Shown: positions 39,068 through 51,201, numbered from the whole stretch's first letter. The stretch is 62,879 bases of DNA, filler included, from Globobulimina sp. (GCA_003354225.1; 41 parts of 41 records of this genome joined end to end with filler, not necessarily neighbours in it), one strand, 5' to 3'. The notes: generated from the sequence alone by a model not told the origin. A program made the numbers and translations.

Positions 39068-39851
39068 ATGAGCAACAACCGGATTTTTGAGTGTCAGGAT
39101 TTCTCAGAACACAATATTTCAATGACTGAAGAGAAAGAACGCAAATCATTAGTATTTGATATAAAAAACAAAACATTGTCCCATTTGACCATCAAACAAA
39201 TTGTGAATGCGCCGCAAACAGTGGCCATGGATAGCGAGGATAGTAACATATTGTATGTGGATAATAAGCCGGTAACACAGTTATTGCTTTATGGCACAGT
39301 GAAGAATGTGATACATGAATCTGCGCATTCAATCATAGCGTTACATGACCAGACTGGTGTCATTCGCATTAAATTCTGGAATTCTGTCGATAACTGCACT
39401 GTGAACAACAAATTGAAAGATTTAAAGTATGCTCCCTTTCTTTTCTTTTCTTTTCAATTGCCACAAAAAACAAAAACAAACACTCAGAGAAAATACATTA
39501 ATTAAAGCATTTGGCCGTATTAATATTTATAACAATATGCGATCGATAAATGGCTATAATTTCTGGCCAATGGTATCAAAGAAAAGCGATTTTATGGACG
39601 TAGCACATTTTTATTTAGAAACGATTGTAGCACATATTACAAATACTGCGTCAAAAGAAATGTTGAATGCCATAACACAGGAAAATGAAAATAAAAATGA
39701 ATATAAAAATCATAGGGTTGGATATAGAAATGATTACAAGAATGGACAGAATGAAAATCATGAGAATGAATTAAAAAAAAGGATCTATGCAATAATTGAG
39801 AGCAACAAAAATGTAAATATTGGATGTGCCAAAGAAAGCATTTTGAGACTA
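39068..39851 (+). CDS. RPA2: Replication protein A 32-kDa subunit (OB-fold), 3' partial
   Basis: TLSHLTIKQI, LHDQTGVIRIKFW, IKAFGRI, HFYLETIVAH; intron 39427-39487. Confidence 0.8.
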
Positions 39852-39951
39852 NNNNNNNNNNNNNNNNNNNNNNNNNNNNNNNNNNNNNNNNNNNNTTAAT
39901 TAATTAANNNNNNNNNNNNNNNNNNNNNNNNNNNNNNNNNNNNNNNNNNNN

Positions 39952-40302
39952 GTGTAGATAAATATCAACCATGAACAAATTTATCAATTGATACTAAATT
40001 ATCTCATTCTGCTTTGTTATATCGTGCTACATTATATTACAATCTATTAATAATGTCTGTTCAATATTGTACAAATGAAAAAATGTTAATTGTCCCTCTT
40101 TGCTTTCTCTCGTATTCGAATTCATCAATGCACAATATTTAAGCGCATAAATTATATGATTCACTGCTTCGCACTTATTCAGGTTTGGCCTCCCTTCATC
40201 GCATTCTTCTGTACGTTCAAAGATATCGAAATCAATCGCATGTTTAGTCTTTCTCTCGTCTGAATTCATCTTATTTTGTCCGAATGACACGCAATTCCCC
40301 AT
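39952..40302 (-). CDS. Cys/His-family member with MGNC start, truncated or disrupted
   Basis: CEAVNHIIYALKY aligns with the family motif; MGNC fits dual acylation; stop after 91 aa. Confidence 0.45.
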
Positions 40303-40310
40303 ATTGTAGC

Positions 40311-40494
40311 TGTTGAGCTACTTTGAACAAATTTTATTAATCAAAAGCTGATGCAAATGAAAACCCAGTAACAGTTTTTCTTCACAGTTTTTCTATGTTA
40401 TCGTTCGAATTTAAGTGATTGTTGAGCTACTTTGAACAGATTTTATTAATCAAAAGCTGATGAAAGTGAAAAGCCAGTAACAGTTTTTCTTCAC
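40311..40494. repeat. 75-nt direct repeat (40311-40385, 40420-40494) upstream of the MGNC gene
   Basis: tgttgagctactttgaaca...cagtaacagtttttcttcac is present twice with few mismatches. Confidence 0.9.
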
Positions 40495-41487
40495 TTTTTT
40501 CCTACATTTTATCTCAAACTTAATCGAGAGATAGACTTCAGCACACTAACTCTGTCGTCATTTTGCTTGCTTTGTGTGTTTGTTATTGTGTGTGTATTGT
40601 ATCAATCAGATAGATTCTAAAAGGAAAGACTTTAATTCCTCGATTTGGCAAAGTTAGAAATTGCCAAATTTTCATTTTTTTTACAAGTTGTCAAACGTTT
40701 CAATTTTGTTTGTTTCAGGCAAAATAATATGCTGTGTGACTATATGGAGTAAAACTAATAATGAACGCTGATAATATATACAGCTCCGCAAAATGCTTTT
40801 TCAAGTTGGTCAGGCAATTTCTTTTACTGTTTCTGTTCCTTGTCATTTTGCGGTTGGTGACCCACACGTGGTGACCCAGTTGCTTTTGCGTTGGTGAGGA
40901 TAACACTGTGTTGGACCGTGGTGGTTCAACTGTACCAAATAGCGGAACCGATGTTGGCTCCATGCTCGACATTGGGCATTTAATGTCGGGCATTTAATGT
41001 AACCATACAGACAGTTTTGCGGAAAAGTTTTTAGACTGCCGCAAATCTGTTTCACAACTACAAAAGCTCCACACTTATGTTCCGCAAAAAAGGTGCCCAA
41101 TTATATCACATGAACATTTACAAGAATTAGTAACATATAAATTAGCACATTCTATGTTAGAATTGGATGAGAATGTGTCTATAATTCATATCCCGCCAAC
41201 ACCAAACCCAACAAAACAAATGACATTAAACGATTTTAAATTTACATCTATTGCACCTAAGCCGCAACAATTAAATAATGAAAATATTAAAGAAGAATAT
41301 AATAAATTTGATCTTGAGGATATTCATTTTAATAATATTGAATGGAGTAAGATGCGAAAGGATGGAAATAAATATGAGTTTGGCTGTNNNNNNNNNNNNN
41401 NNNNNNNNNNNNNNNNNNNNNNNNNNNNNNNTTAATTAATTAANNNNNNNNNNNNNNNNNNNNNNNNNNNNNNNNNNNNNNNNNNNN

Positions 41488-42735
41488 AAATCACAAAATG
41501 AACTTCAAGCCAAATATGAAAACGACACCGAATCATTAACTAAAAAAATAGAAACGTTATCCACACAAAAATATGAGTTAACGAAAGATTTAGATTTAGC
41601 ATTGCAAAGAGAACGAACTGCAACACAGCAATCTGTAGATAAAGGCAATGCGAATAAGGATATTCAAACCATTTTAAATAACGCTATCAAAGAATATCGC
41701 AAACAAATTGAAAATTTAGAAAATTGCAAAAATGATAAATTGCAGCATCAACAAACTGATTTAAATAAAATCAGGCAAACTGTAGAAAATTTGTCATGTC
41801 AGTTTGAGAAACATAATGTAAACATTTCCGCAGTTATTGCTAAATCTGAAGCAAATCAAAACGAATTGCAAATTGCATTGGAAAAGGAGAGGAATATTAA
41901 TCATGAAATGGAAACAAAATATATTTCATTAAAACGAGAATTAAAAGGTACGCAGACTGAGATTGAATCATTAAATGAAACGAATTGCAAACTGTTGACA
42001 GAAAATAAATCCTTAAATGAGAAAAATAAGCAAATATCAGAAGACGCAAATAATTTTAATGAGTTGATTGCCTCTAAAAATTCCGAAATAGAAACGTTAT
42101 GCAAAAGAAATAATGAGTTGTCAGTAAAACTAAAACAAGCGGATTGCAAACCAGATACCGAATTATTATTAAGTTTACGTGCTGAAAATAAGGAGTTAAG
42201 TGAACAAATTGCAAATTATGAGATCAAGAAACAAGAGATTCTGCATTCGGATTTAGAGAGCGATCCAGAAATGAATGTATCCATTGTTTATTCGGTGGAT
42301 GAGGATCAGTTTAACTCTGAAATGTATGAGAAATTAAAACAAGAACATGATGCATTAAAAACACAGACCAATCAATATAAAAAAAAATTAATTGCAGCAC
42401 AAAAATTCAATCGTGAAATAAAAGATAAATTTCAAACAAATAAAAAAAATACAATTATTAAATATGAACAAATTGCTAAAAAAGTGTCAGCAATGAAAGA
42501 GATTATAAATGGCAAAGAAGAGCAAGTTCAAAGTTTGAAGCAGGAATTGGAGGTTTCACATAAACAATTTTTCAAATTATTACATCATACATCTGCTAAT
42601 TACAAAAATAATAATAATAATAAAGAAAATAATCAAAATACATGTAATTATAATAATGTTGAGGAAAACGCGTTGAATGACTTGCAAGAAATGAAACGAC
42701 AGTTGAAATTATTGGAACGCAACTTCAAATCTTAG
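41488..42735 (+). CDS. Long coiled-coil protein, 5' partial
   Basis: E/K/Q/L heptad-rich open frame of about 400 aa. Confidence 0.75.
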   Translation, partial: KSQNELQAKYENDTESLTKKIETLSTQKYELTKDLDLALQRERTATQQSVDKGNANKDIQTILNNAIKEYRKQIENLENCKNDKLQHQQTDLNKIRQTVENLSCQFEKHNVNISAVIAKSEANQNELQIALEKERNINHEMETKYISLKRELKGTQTEIESLNETNCKLLTENKSLNEKNKQISEDANNFNELIASKNSEIETLCKRNNELSVKLKQADCKPDTELLLSLRAENKELSEQIANYEIKKQEILHSDLESDPEMNVSIVYSVDEDQFNSEMYEKLKQEHDALKTQTNQYKKKLIAAQKFNREIKDKFQTNKKNTIIKYEQIAKKVSAMKEIINGKEEQVQSLKQELEVSHKQFFKLLHHTSANYKNNNNNKENNQNTCNYNNVEENALNDLQEMKRQLKLLERNFKS

Positions 42736-43941
42736 TAAATTGTGCGAAAGTTTTTTTGCTTTAATTAATTTATGATCATTACTTCGAAACATAATACATA
42801 TTATAAAAAGGTATTAAATTTTTAAACAACATAATGGGTAAATCGCATTCAAAACCACTTGATATGCAAAAATATCATGGGGCACAAGCAGCTTTGCAAT
42901 ATAGTTTGGGAGTGGATAAAGTCNNNNNNNNNNNNNNNNNNNNNNNNNNNNNNNNNNNNNNNNNNNNTTAATTAATTAANNNNNNNNNNNNNNNNNNNNN
43001 NNNNNNNNNNNNNNNNNNNNNNNATTTTTTTTCATTTCATTTTTTTTCATTTTTCATTTCATTTTTCATTTTCATTTCATTTTTTTTCATTTGGTGGAGG
43101 TCGGCTGGTATTATGACAGGAAACTGATGAAATTGGATGATAATGTGAATGGTAATGGTAAAGAGGAAGCGGCTGACGAGGAAACGGATGATGATAGCAT
43201 TGAAATTGTTGTGAATGGTAATGAGGATGATGACGAGGCTGAATACGAGGAGGAGGATGATGGTGTGATTCGGGGTATGATGGTAACGATGGGGAATTTG
43301 AATGAAGAGAAAAGAATGCCAAAAGTCACATTGGTGTTCAAGATGAAACACGGCATAATAATAATAATAAAGAAATAATAATAAAGATGTGTTTTTCAAT
43401 GTGTTTCTGGAGCACTGACGATTAAACCTTACTAGTTTAAACCGCGATTTATTCGGATTCACTAATCGTCGATTTAATTTTTACAAACAGTTAGATTTGG
43501 ATTTAAATTAATTATTTTTCGAATTAAATCCGAATAATCCGATTAAATTCGATTAAACTGAATGTTTTTAATTGTAAATAAATCGATTAATTGAAAAATA
43601 TTCGATCAAAAATAAAATTACTCGTAAATAAATCGAAATCTAATCTAGTAATTTATGAATTTGAATCGACGATTTAAATAAACCATAATATTTAATTAAT
43701 ATTTTCCAAATATATAATAAATCGATATTAAATCGCAAAAAAATCGATATAATATATAATAAATCGTAACATATGGTACCCTGGATAATTGCCACTGCGT
43801 GACTCAATTATAAGGGAACTACGTATCTTCGAAGTTGCTGTATAGACACTAACGTTCTATTATGCACGATCTAAATACTAGTAGCCTTTGTATTGGACCA
43901 CTATGCGATAATTACTAGCTTCTTAAAAAAACTTTACGACA

Positions 43942-44005
43942 AATCTTGCAGGATAACAATCTTGCAGGATAACAATGTTGCAGGATAACAATCTTGCAGG
44001 ATAAC
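43942..44005. repeat. 16-nt tandem repeat x4 (AATCTTGCAGGATAAC)
   Basis: Four adjacent copies with one mismatch and no spacers. Confidence 0.95.
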
Positions 44006-44217
44006 AAAAAACAGCTATCTAATCATCAAAAGAGAATTTCAGACATTAAATCGCAAAAAAATCTGATTTAAATCGAAAGTCGAAAATACACTTCACTGTT
44101 TTTTGAATCATCATCCTTTCGACACAAAACGCTACAAACAGCCACATCAAACACAACCTGCAACACCAACAGAAACAAAAGTAACACCGAGTCACCGACG
44201 CAACCAAACAAAAGTAA

Positions 44218-44282
44218 CACTGCACCAACGAGCGTAGCAAGCACTGTACCAACGACCGTAGCAAACACTGCACCAACGACCA
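44218..44282. repeat. 24-nt tandem repeat, about 2.7 copies
   Basis: cactgcaccaacgagcgtagcaag / cactgtaccaacgaccgtagcaaa / cactgcaccaacgacc. Confidence 0.85.
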
Positions 44283-44808
44283 ATGCTGCAAATAAATATC
44301 AAAAAAAGAAAACACAGAGAAAGCAAATTTATTCAACGTACGTGGTAGATTTTTATTGGAATTTCTTTGTTTTAGTTTGTATGTGCCAATTGCTTATGCG
44401 TTCTGAAATATAATTGATTTTATCCCTTTGGGAGAGTCAAGTGTTCGCTTTTTTAGGCANNNNNNNNNNNNNNNNNNNNNNNNNNNNNNNNNNNNNNNNN
44501 NNNTTAATTAATTAANNNNNNNNNNNNNNNNNNNNNNNNNNNNNNNNNNNNNNNNNNNNATTTATGGATTCACACAGGGGTAGAAATAATTTTTTTCCAT
44601 ATATTATGTAGCTTTTCTGCCTCAAAGATTGTCTGAACTTATCCGTATAACTTTCACTGTCTTTTTCAGCCATTGCAGGCAAATAGTTACTTAGGTTTGG
44701 TTAAGATGATTATTTTTACAAAGCCTGACATGATATATGTAAAAAAAAATATTTATACCCCTGTGTAGATTAAGCAGGACAACACAATCACAGATACTCC
44801 GCGAATAT

Positions 44809-45449
44809 ATGGTTACAAATAAGTGTTTGAACCAGTTTGAATCATTAACAGTTTGTGGATACATTCGAATGGAAAACAAGAATAATTTGGATATTCCAAA
44901 ATGTTTAACAAAAATGGTAACAAAATACTTTAATTTACAATCATTGCACTTAAAAATAAAATGCATCATTCAAGACGAGATGGATAATATTTTTCAGGTT
45001 GTCAATAGTAACATATATGAAACAGTAAAAACAGTGAATCAATGTCAAGAGTTTTTTCGTATTATTCAACAATATGAAGATTCATCTTTTAATCAACGAT
45101 ATGATGCACAAATTTCGGAAACGTTTTATAAAACAGGAAAAATGTGGATTGATAAATATTTATAATGGACTTGACATTGCAAATTGAAATAATATGTGGC
45201 GAAGCAGAAAACAATTATATTTGGGAAATTGCGTGTAATAAAAAGGTTATTCCATATTATGTTAAGGCTGTGCAAATAAGAAATGATTGTGATAATTTTG
45301 ATAAATTGGTAAACGGCCGCGGATTAAAATTAAACCGGGATCAATTAAAGAAGATTTATAATTTGTTAAAAAAGAGCAATTTGAAATATGCACAGCAACT
45401 CAATGCAGCTTTCAAAAATAAATCAAAACCAAAAGCTAAAGCCATTTGA
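44809..45449 (+). CDS. Hypothetical protein with N-terminal GYIR...IP motif, split into two frames at 45165
   Basis: LTVCGYIRMENKNNLDIPKCL; the two ORFs overlap by TAATG. Confidence 0.5.
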
Positions 45450-45487
45450 GTCATTTATAATGCACTAACTAAAAAAAAGACATTTTT

Positions 45488-45916
45488 ATGTATCGCTCAA
45501 GTTTGTCATGCTCTCTTGCATTAACCCGTTCTTTTAAAACATTAGTCAAACCTCAGCGTTATCTTGGTTTCAACGCAATATCTGCACAGTCAATCTATAG
45601 AAATTCTAGTCGATCAATCATGACAGAAACAGCAGCAACAACCATCCCAGAGATGAAAAACAATAACAATAAGCCAATCATCCCAAATAAGTCTCCATCA
45701 GATCCACGAAATTATAAAATAGTGACATTATCAAATGATCTCGAATGTATTGTCGTATCTGATCCCGAAGCTGAAAAGTTAAATCTATAAAATCCATAAA
45801 ACACATACACTGTACACCCATATACACCATACAGAGCAGCGTGTGCTATGTGTGTCAGAGTGGGGCATTTTGCTGATCCGGCGACACTTCCTGGACTCGC
45901 TCACTTTTTAGAACAT
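45488..45916 (+). CDS. IDE: M16A peptidase (insulysin/pitrilysin-like) with mitochondrial-type presequence, 3' partial
   Basis: KSPSDPRNYKIVTLSNDL...VSDP, intron 45778-45834, then AACAMCVRVGHFADP...GLAHFLEH (HxxEH). Confidence 0.88.
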
Positions 45917-46094
45917 GTTAAGTGTGCCTTTGTAACTACACATTGAATCATTATCTAATTAAAAACGTTACCATCAATGAACCCTTCTTTCAGGNNNNNN
46001 NNNNNNNNNNNNNNNNNNNNNNNNNNNNNNNNNNNNNNTTAATTAATTAANNNNNNNNNNNNNNNNNNNNNNNNNNNNNNNNNNNNNNNNNNNN

Positions 46095-46733
46095 CCTGGG
46101 AACACATAACAAAATGCAAACAACAACAAATAAAAACAAAATATATAAATTAACTTTATTTCCGACAACATTCACAGCAATTACCTCAAAATCAACATCA
46201 TGTATATATCCACCCATATTTGCATTATTGTGTATTTCTACAACTAACTGACCAGTGCCATTTACATATATTATTGGTACTAATCGCTCTGTAAATCCAT
46301 CATATTTAAATAATTCTACATACACTGTGTTGAAAGCTGGATAACTGATATGGTGAACCAATAAAAAAATACCCAGACAAATCATTCCAATCAATAACAA
46401 TATACACAACAATATATATCCGCAACAGGCGACATTACAACATTTTGGTTTGCAAACGCATTTCTTTTTACTTTGTGTTTCTATATCTGAGTCAACACTA
46501 TTTAATGGTTCATGGTCATGTAATACATTTGCTAATTTGGCATAACCAACAGGCATATCACCTAAATCTGACATTGAAAATATAACAGAAGATATTCCGG
46601 AAGATGGTGAGTTCAATGATATATGTGTCCCTGTTCCTGGCGCATTAAATGGATCACTAATCAATATAGGGCTGAGGATACCATCTGGTTTTATTATTTG
46701 CACTCTTTGTGCATCGCCACTGTAAGGAAGCAT
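46095..46733 (-). CDS. Type II membrane protein (Cys-rich juxtamembrane; LEA_2/TMEM106-like), partial
   Basis: CVCKPKCCNVACC, a TM helix, then beta-rich VVEIHNNANMG. Confidence 0.55.
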
Positions 46734-46840
46734 TAATAGATTTTAAAAAAAGTACGGCTTAATTTTTTGTTGTTTACTTCAAGTTTTTTTTGTCGAACAT
46801 CATCATCCTATCAACACACGCTCTTGCATATTAACATAAA

Positions 46841-47399
<559 letters not shown>

Positions 47400-47629
47400 T
47401 TTTTTCAATATTGTCCTGTTTTATTATTTATTTAATTTCATGTTTCATGCACCTGGTTTTCTTTTTTTTTTTGTTGTAGGTCCATTTCAAAATATCAACA
47501 ACAAAAAGATGCACCGGTAACTATACAACNNNNNNNNNNNNNNNNNNNNNNNNNNNNNNNNNNNNNNNNNNNNTTAATTAATTAANNNNNNNNNNNNNNN
47601 NNNNNNNNNNNNNNNNNNNNNNNNNNNNN

Positions 47630-48644
47630 TTTATTTTGTTTCTCTTTCAAACGCTTTGCAAACTCCATTTTTCTGTCATAACTTATATTTATTTCTCTTT
47701 CTGAATCTTTATCAATATATAATTTCTTTATTTCTTCACCTTTTTTATTTTTTTCCGTTTGATCTGAAAAGTTTTTGAATATTTTGAAATCTTTGTAATA
47801 TAAAGCTAATTCAGCACAAAATAGTTGCTTCATAAAAAGATGTAAATATTCAAGCGCGTCTTCGTCATTTAAGCAAGTTTCTAAATCATTAATATGGTCC
47901 ATCAACTGTTCCATTTTATTTTTTTGTATTTTACTATTAAAATCCTGCCCAATCATGATAGAAACAACGATTTCATACAAAGTGTTAAAGCAAAATCTTA
48001 TTCTTAAAGAATAATTTTCTTTAAATTCATCGCTCATTGTTTTGTGGAATGTAGCACCCATTTTTAGATAATACGCCAATGTAACACCCATAGTTTCATG
48101 TAACTTTCCCAATGTTGCTATTTTTAATAATATATTATATGAATTTGGTTTACTTACCGTCGAAACTAACCATCCAAACATGCCAAAGAATATTTTACTT
48201 TGTGTATTCATATCTTTTTTGGCAGATAAAAATAATGGTTGTGCTTCGGGAATTGCTTGAAATACATTTGTATAAAACTGCAATGCTAATGATTCATACT
48301 CATCATCTGACAATGTGTTAACATTTGACTGTATATGTTTTTATATTCGCATAGTACAGAAAGTTATTAACAGAAACACTTAGACATACCGCCCAGAAAC
48401 AATTCAATACGGAAATGCAATTGGCATAATCAGACTGTATTGCACCTTTTTCTTCATCATGGTGCAATTGTTTATTGTTTGTATTGATATTCATTTGCTT
48501 TAATAGTTGTTTTGATGGTTGATTGTTACCATACACTGCCAGTTGATATGCTGCAACTTCCTTTGAATAATCTTGTAAATCATTTGAACCATTTGAGTCG
48601 TTTGTTTTATTGTGTTTTGCGTTCTTGGATGAGATGAGACCCAT
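47630..48644 (-). CDS. N-myristoylated globin-RGS fusion protein, 3' partial
   Basis: MGLISSK start; intron 48329-48389; globin (LNCFWA, QFY, QPLF, NTQSKIF, LGKLHETMGV); RGS (LETCLND...LHLFMKQLFCAEL...IKKLYI...EINIS). Confidence 0.82.
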
Positions 48645-49164
48645 GTTTTTAAAATTGACTAAAACTTTTCGTATTCAAAAAAAACATACATCTGTGACTC
48701 CTTACTAGCTAGCGACTTGTGAAGATCTAGCTGTGTAGGTACATTACTCACAACTTATGTCATATCCAAAAACCATATTCCCCCGTTTTCCAAAAGAAAT
48801 GCCATATCAAAAACGAAAAGTTATTAATGGCCGCTATATAGAAGAAGAAACATATGAGGCAATATTGACTGAGGGTAAGAATGCTATCAAATCCCTGGCA
48901 TTTAGCAGCGTCCAGCAAGCATTATATTATGTGGTAAGTATGATTTTATGTCAATTGTGGGCGCCACATCAGAGACAATCATGAAAACATTCAATTATTT
49001 CATTGCATTGATGCTCGTATTTATTTTTCAAAGGAATATTAGCGCCCCGTTGGTAACCAGTATCNNNNNNNNNNNNNNNNNNNNNNNNNNNNNNNNNNNN
49101 NNNNNNNNTTAATTAATTAANNNNNNNNNNNNNNNNNNNNNNNNNNNNNNNNNNNNNNNNNNNN

Positions 49165-49560
49165 AAGTGGATTAAGTCAATTGATGAAATTGAAACAGTT
49201 AAAAAACAAGTAATAGAAGAACAGATAAAGAAAGAATGTACAAAAGTATTAAATAATTTAATAGATGATGTATCCAAAAATGAGACTGCAAATACTTATA
49301 ATATTCAAGATGAAAAGGTAGAAAAAAATAATGAACAAAAAGAAAATATTAAGTATTTTTACCATGTTCCTATTACACCACCTATATCTCCTCCTAGGTC
49401 TCCACCTAAATCAAGTAATAATTCACAGCAACAATTAAATGAAAAAAAAAATAGAGAAATTTGTAATTTTAATGGACTATTCGATAATATAACATTTCCA
49501 AAATTGGGAATAGTTATTTATGCAAATTCTATTTATCAAAATCTTATTTCTTCACAGTGA
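49165..49560 (+). CDS. Hypothetical protein C-terminus (probable giant-virus contig), not in ORF track
   Basis: Open frame KWIKSIDEIE...LISSQ-TGA, converging on the next gene with a 3-nt gap. Confidence 0.55.
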   Translation, partial: KWIKSIDEIETVKKQVIEEQIKKECTKVLNNLIDDVSKNETANTYNIQDEKVEKNNEQKENIKYFYHVPITPPISPPRSPPKSSNNSQQQLNEKKNREICNFNGLFDNITFPKLGIVIYANSIYQNLISSQ

Positions 49561-49563
49561 CTA

Positions 49564-50082
49564 TTATACAAATTCAATATTTATTTCATTATTACTGTTA
49601 ATCGTGTATTTACCAATAATTTCTGGACTTAATTTATTACTTAGAACATCCTCTGTTTTATAAATATTATTTTTTTCATCAATATAATACCAAATTCCTT
49701 TAATTTCTTTAATGGTTACTTCTATTTTTGAAGTTACTGGAGTTTGTGTTTCTACAAAAGAATCTACAATTCCATGAGGAGTCCCTTTATTATGAGTGCC
49801 ACAAAAATTAAAACCATCTTGTTTACGTCTTGTACATTGTTCACCATTTGCCCTACACGCACAACATCGATCACTAGATGGTACTAAATTCTTAACACGT
49901 TTTCTTTTAGCAAAATCTTCTTTTGTTAAATTAATTGAATTAAAATCATATATAAATTTCAAAAATTCACTTGTATTTTGTTTACCTTCCATAGTAATTT
50001 TATTTTCTTCAATCCAATTTTTTATTTCATCTTTAAATAATGATACATGTTCTTCGCATTTTTTAACGATCCTTTTCTCCAT
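49564..50082 (-). CDS. NCLDV (Mimiviridae/Mesomimivirus-type) conserved hypothetical protein with C3H zinc finger
   Basis: KRKRVKNLVP..DRCCACRANGEQCTRRKQDGFNFCGTHNKGTPHG and IKGIWYYID; intronless; recognised from family resemblance. Confidence 0.75.
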   Translation of the reverse strand: MEKRIVKKCEEHVSLFKDEIKNWIEENKITMEGKQNTSEFLKFIYDFNSINLTKEDFAKRKRVKNLVPSSDRCCACRANGEQCTRRKQDGFNFCGTHNKGTPHGIVDSFVETQTPVTSKIEVTIKEIKGIWYYIDEKNNIYKTEDVLSNKLSPEIIGKYTINSNNEINIEFV

Positions 50083-50114
50083 TATGTATTTAATTTAAAA
50101 TAATATTTTTACAT

Positions 50115-50122
50115 TCAATTTT
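50115..50122 (-). promoter_or_regulatory. Mimiviridae early promoter motif AAAATTGA
   Basis: Exact motif about 32 nt upstream of the ATG at 50082 on the coding strand. Confidence 0.65.
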
Positions 50123-50163
50123 TAAATATTTTTATAAAAATATTTAAAGATTTTTAATAATAT

Positions 50164-50521
50164 TTATATGATAAAATTTTTTGGAATTAAAGTAATTGGA
50201 GATCCAGTAGCTTTAGCAACATCAACAAATCCTGGAATTGGAGTCTAACCACCATTCGGTGCTTGGTATTTAGCACCAGGAGGGGCGGTCACTTCAAGCA
50301 CCCCTGTTGTGTCCGCCCCAATAGTTACATAAAATATTTCTGTACCCTTGCCTAAAGAAGTACGATCAGAAGAAAAAAAATGGAGTGCCGTATGGTAAGC
50401 ATCTCCGTCGGCGGGTGGGTAAAATCTGTTACTGGCTGCATTGTCTGTAGTAAAATCTGTTACTGGCGGCATTGTCTGTAGTCAGAACTATTAAATTGCT
50501 GGGTATTACTATTACTGACAT
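50164..50521 (-). pseudogene. Small putative viral ORF disrupted by a 31-nt tandem duplication and an in-frame TAG
   Basis: Duplication at 50419-50480. Removing one copy restores MSVIVIPSNLIVLTTDNAASNRFYPP...; the frame continues past the TAG at 50245-50247. Confidence 0.4.
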
Positions 50522-50700
50522 TTATACTTAATTATAATAATATAAATTTTAATAAAAAAATTATTTAAAGAAATAAGTTATTAAACTAGATCAAAATATN
50601 NNNNNNNNNNNNNNNNNNNNNNNNNNNNNNNNNNNNNNNNNNNTTAATTAATTAANNNNNNNNNNNNNNNNNNNNNNNNNNNNNNNNNNNNNNNNNNNNA

Positions 50701-51201
50701 ACCTTTGAATCAACAACATCGACATTTGTATTTTCATCAACAGCAAATCCCACAATAAATCCCAGAGCAAATCCCACAGCAAATCCCACAGTAAATCCCA
50801 CAGTAAATCCCACAGTAAATCCAACAGTAAATCCCACAGTAAATCCAACAGCAAATCCCACAGTAAATCCCACAGCAAATCCGACAGCAACGTATTCTGC
50901 ACTAATATCACAAAAAGATAATACAAAAACAATCACAATCATTGCAGTTGCAGTGTGTGCATTTCTTGGCGCATTTTTTGGCACAATTTGTGTATTGCTT
51001 TACATGAATAAAAGAAGAAATGAAAAATCGTTAAATGCTGCGGAATTGGAAGGAGAGGAAGGAGAGGAAAATGTGGAAATGACTACAAAGAATGGAGGAT
51101 ATACAATAATTAATAATACATTTGATGAAGAAAAGGTACATTTAAATGAACAAGAGATTGGAATGGAGAATATCACTCAATTACAAAATGAAGAATATTG
51201 A
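50701..51201 (+). CDS. Type I membrane protein C-terminus with mucin-like (PT(A/V)N)n stalk
   Basis: 12-nt tandem repeats at about 50741-50890, TM IIAVAVCAFLGAFFGTICVLLY, basic stop-transfer segment and acidic tail. Confidence 0.8.
   Translation, partial: TFESTTSTFVFSSTANPTINPRANPTANPTVNPTVNPTVNPTVNPTVNPTANPTVNPTANPTATYSALISQKDNTKTITIIAVAVCAFLGAFFGTICVLLYMNKRRNEKSLNAAELEGEEGEENVEMTTKNGGYTIINNTFDEEKVHLNEQEIGMENITQLQNEEY

Noticed and set aside
43942-44005. Possible CRISPR-like repeat
   Set aside because: Adjacent 16-mers with no unique spacers and no cas genes; a simple minisatellite.
45163-45167. TAATG stop-start overlap suggesting translational coupling
   Set aside because: Several other genes in this window show indel-type frame breaks, so a frameshift is the simpler explanation.
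48651-48658. AAAATTGA next to the globin-RGS gene suggesting viral origin
   Set aside because: Wrong strand for that gene, the gene has a spliceosomal intron, and the motif is expected by chance in AT-rich DNA.
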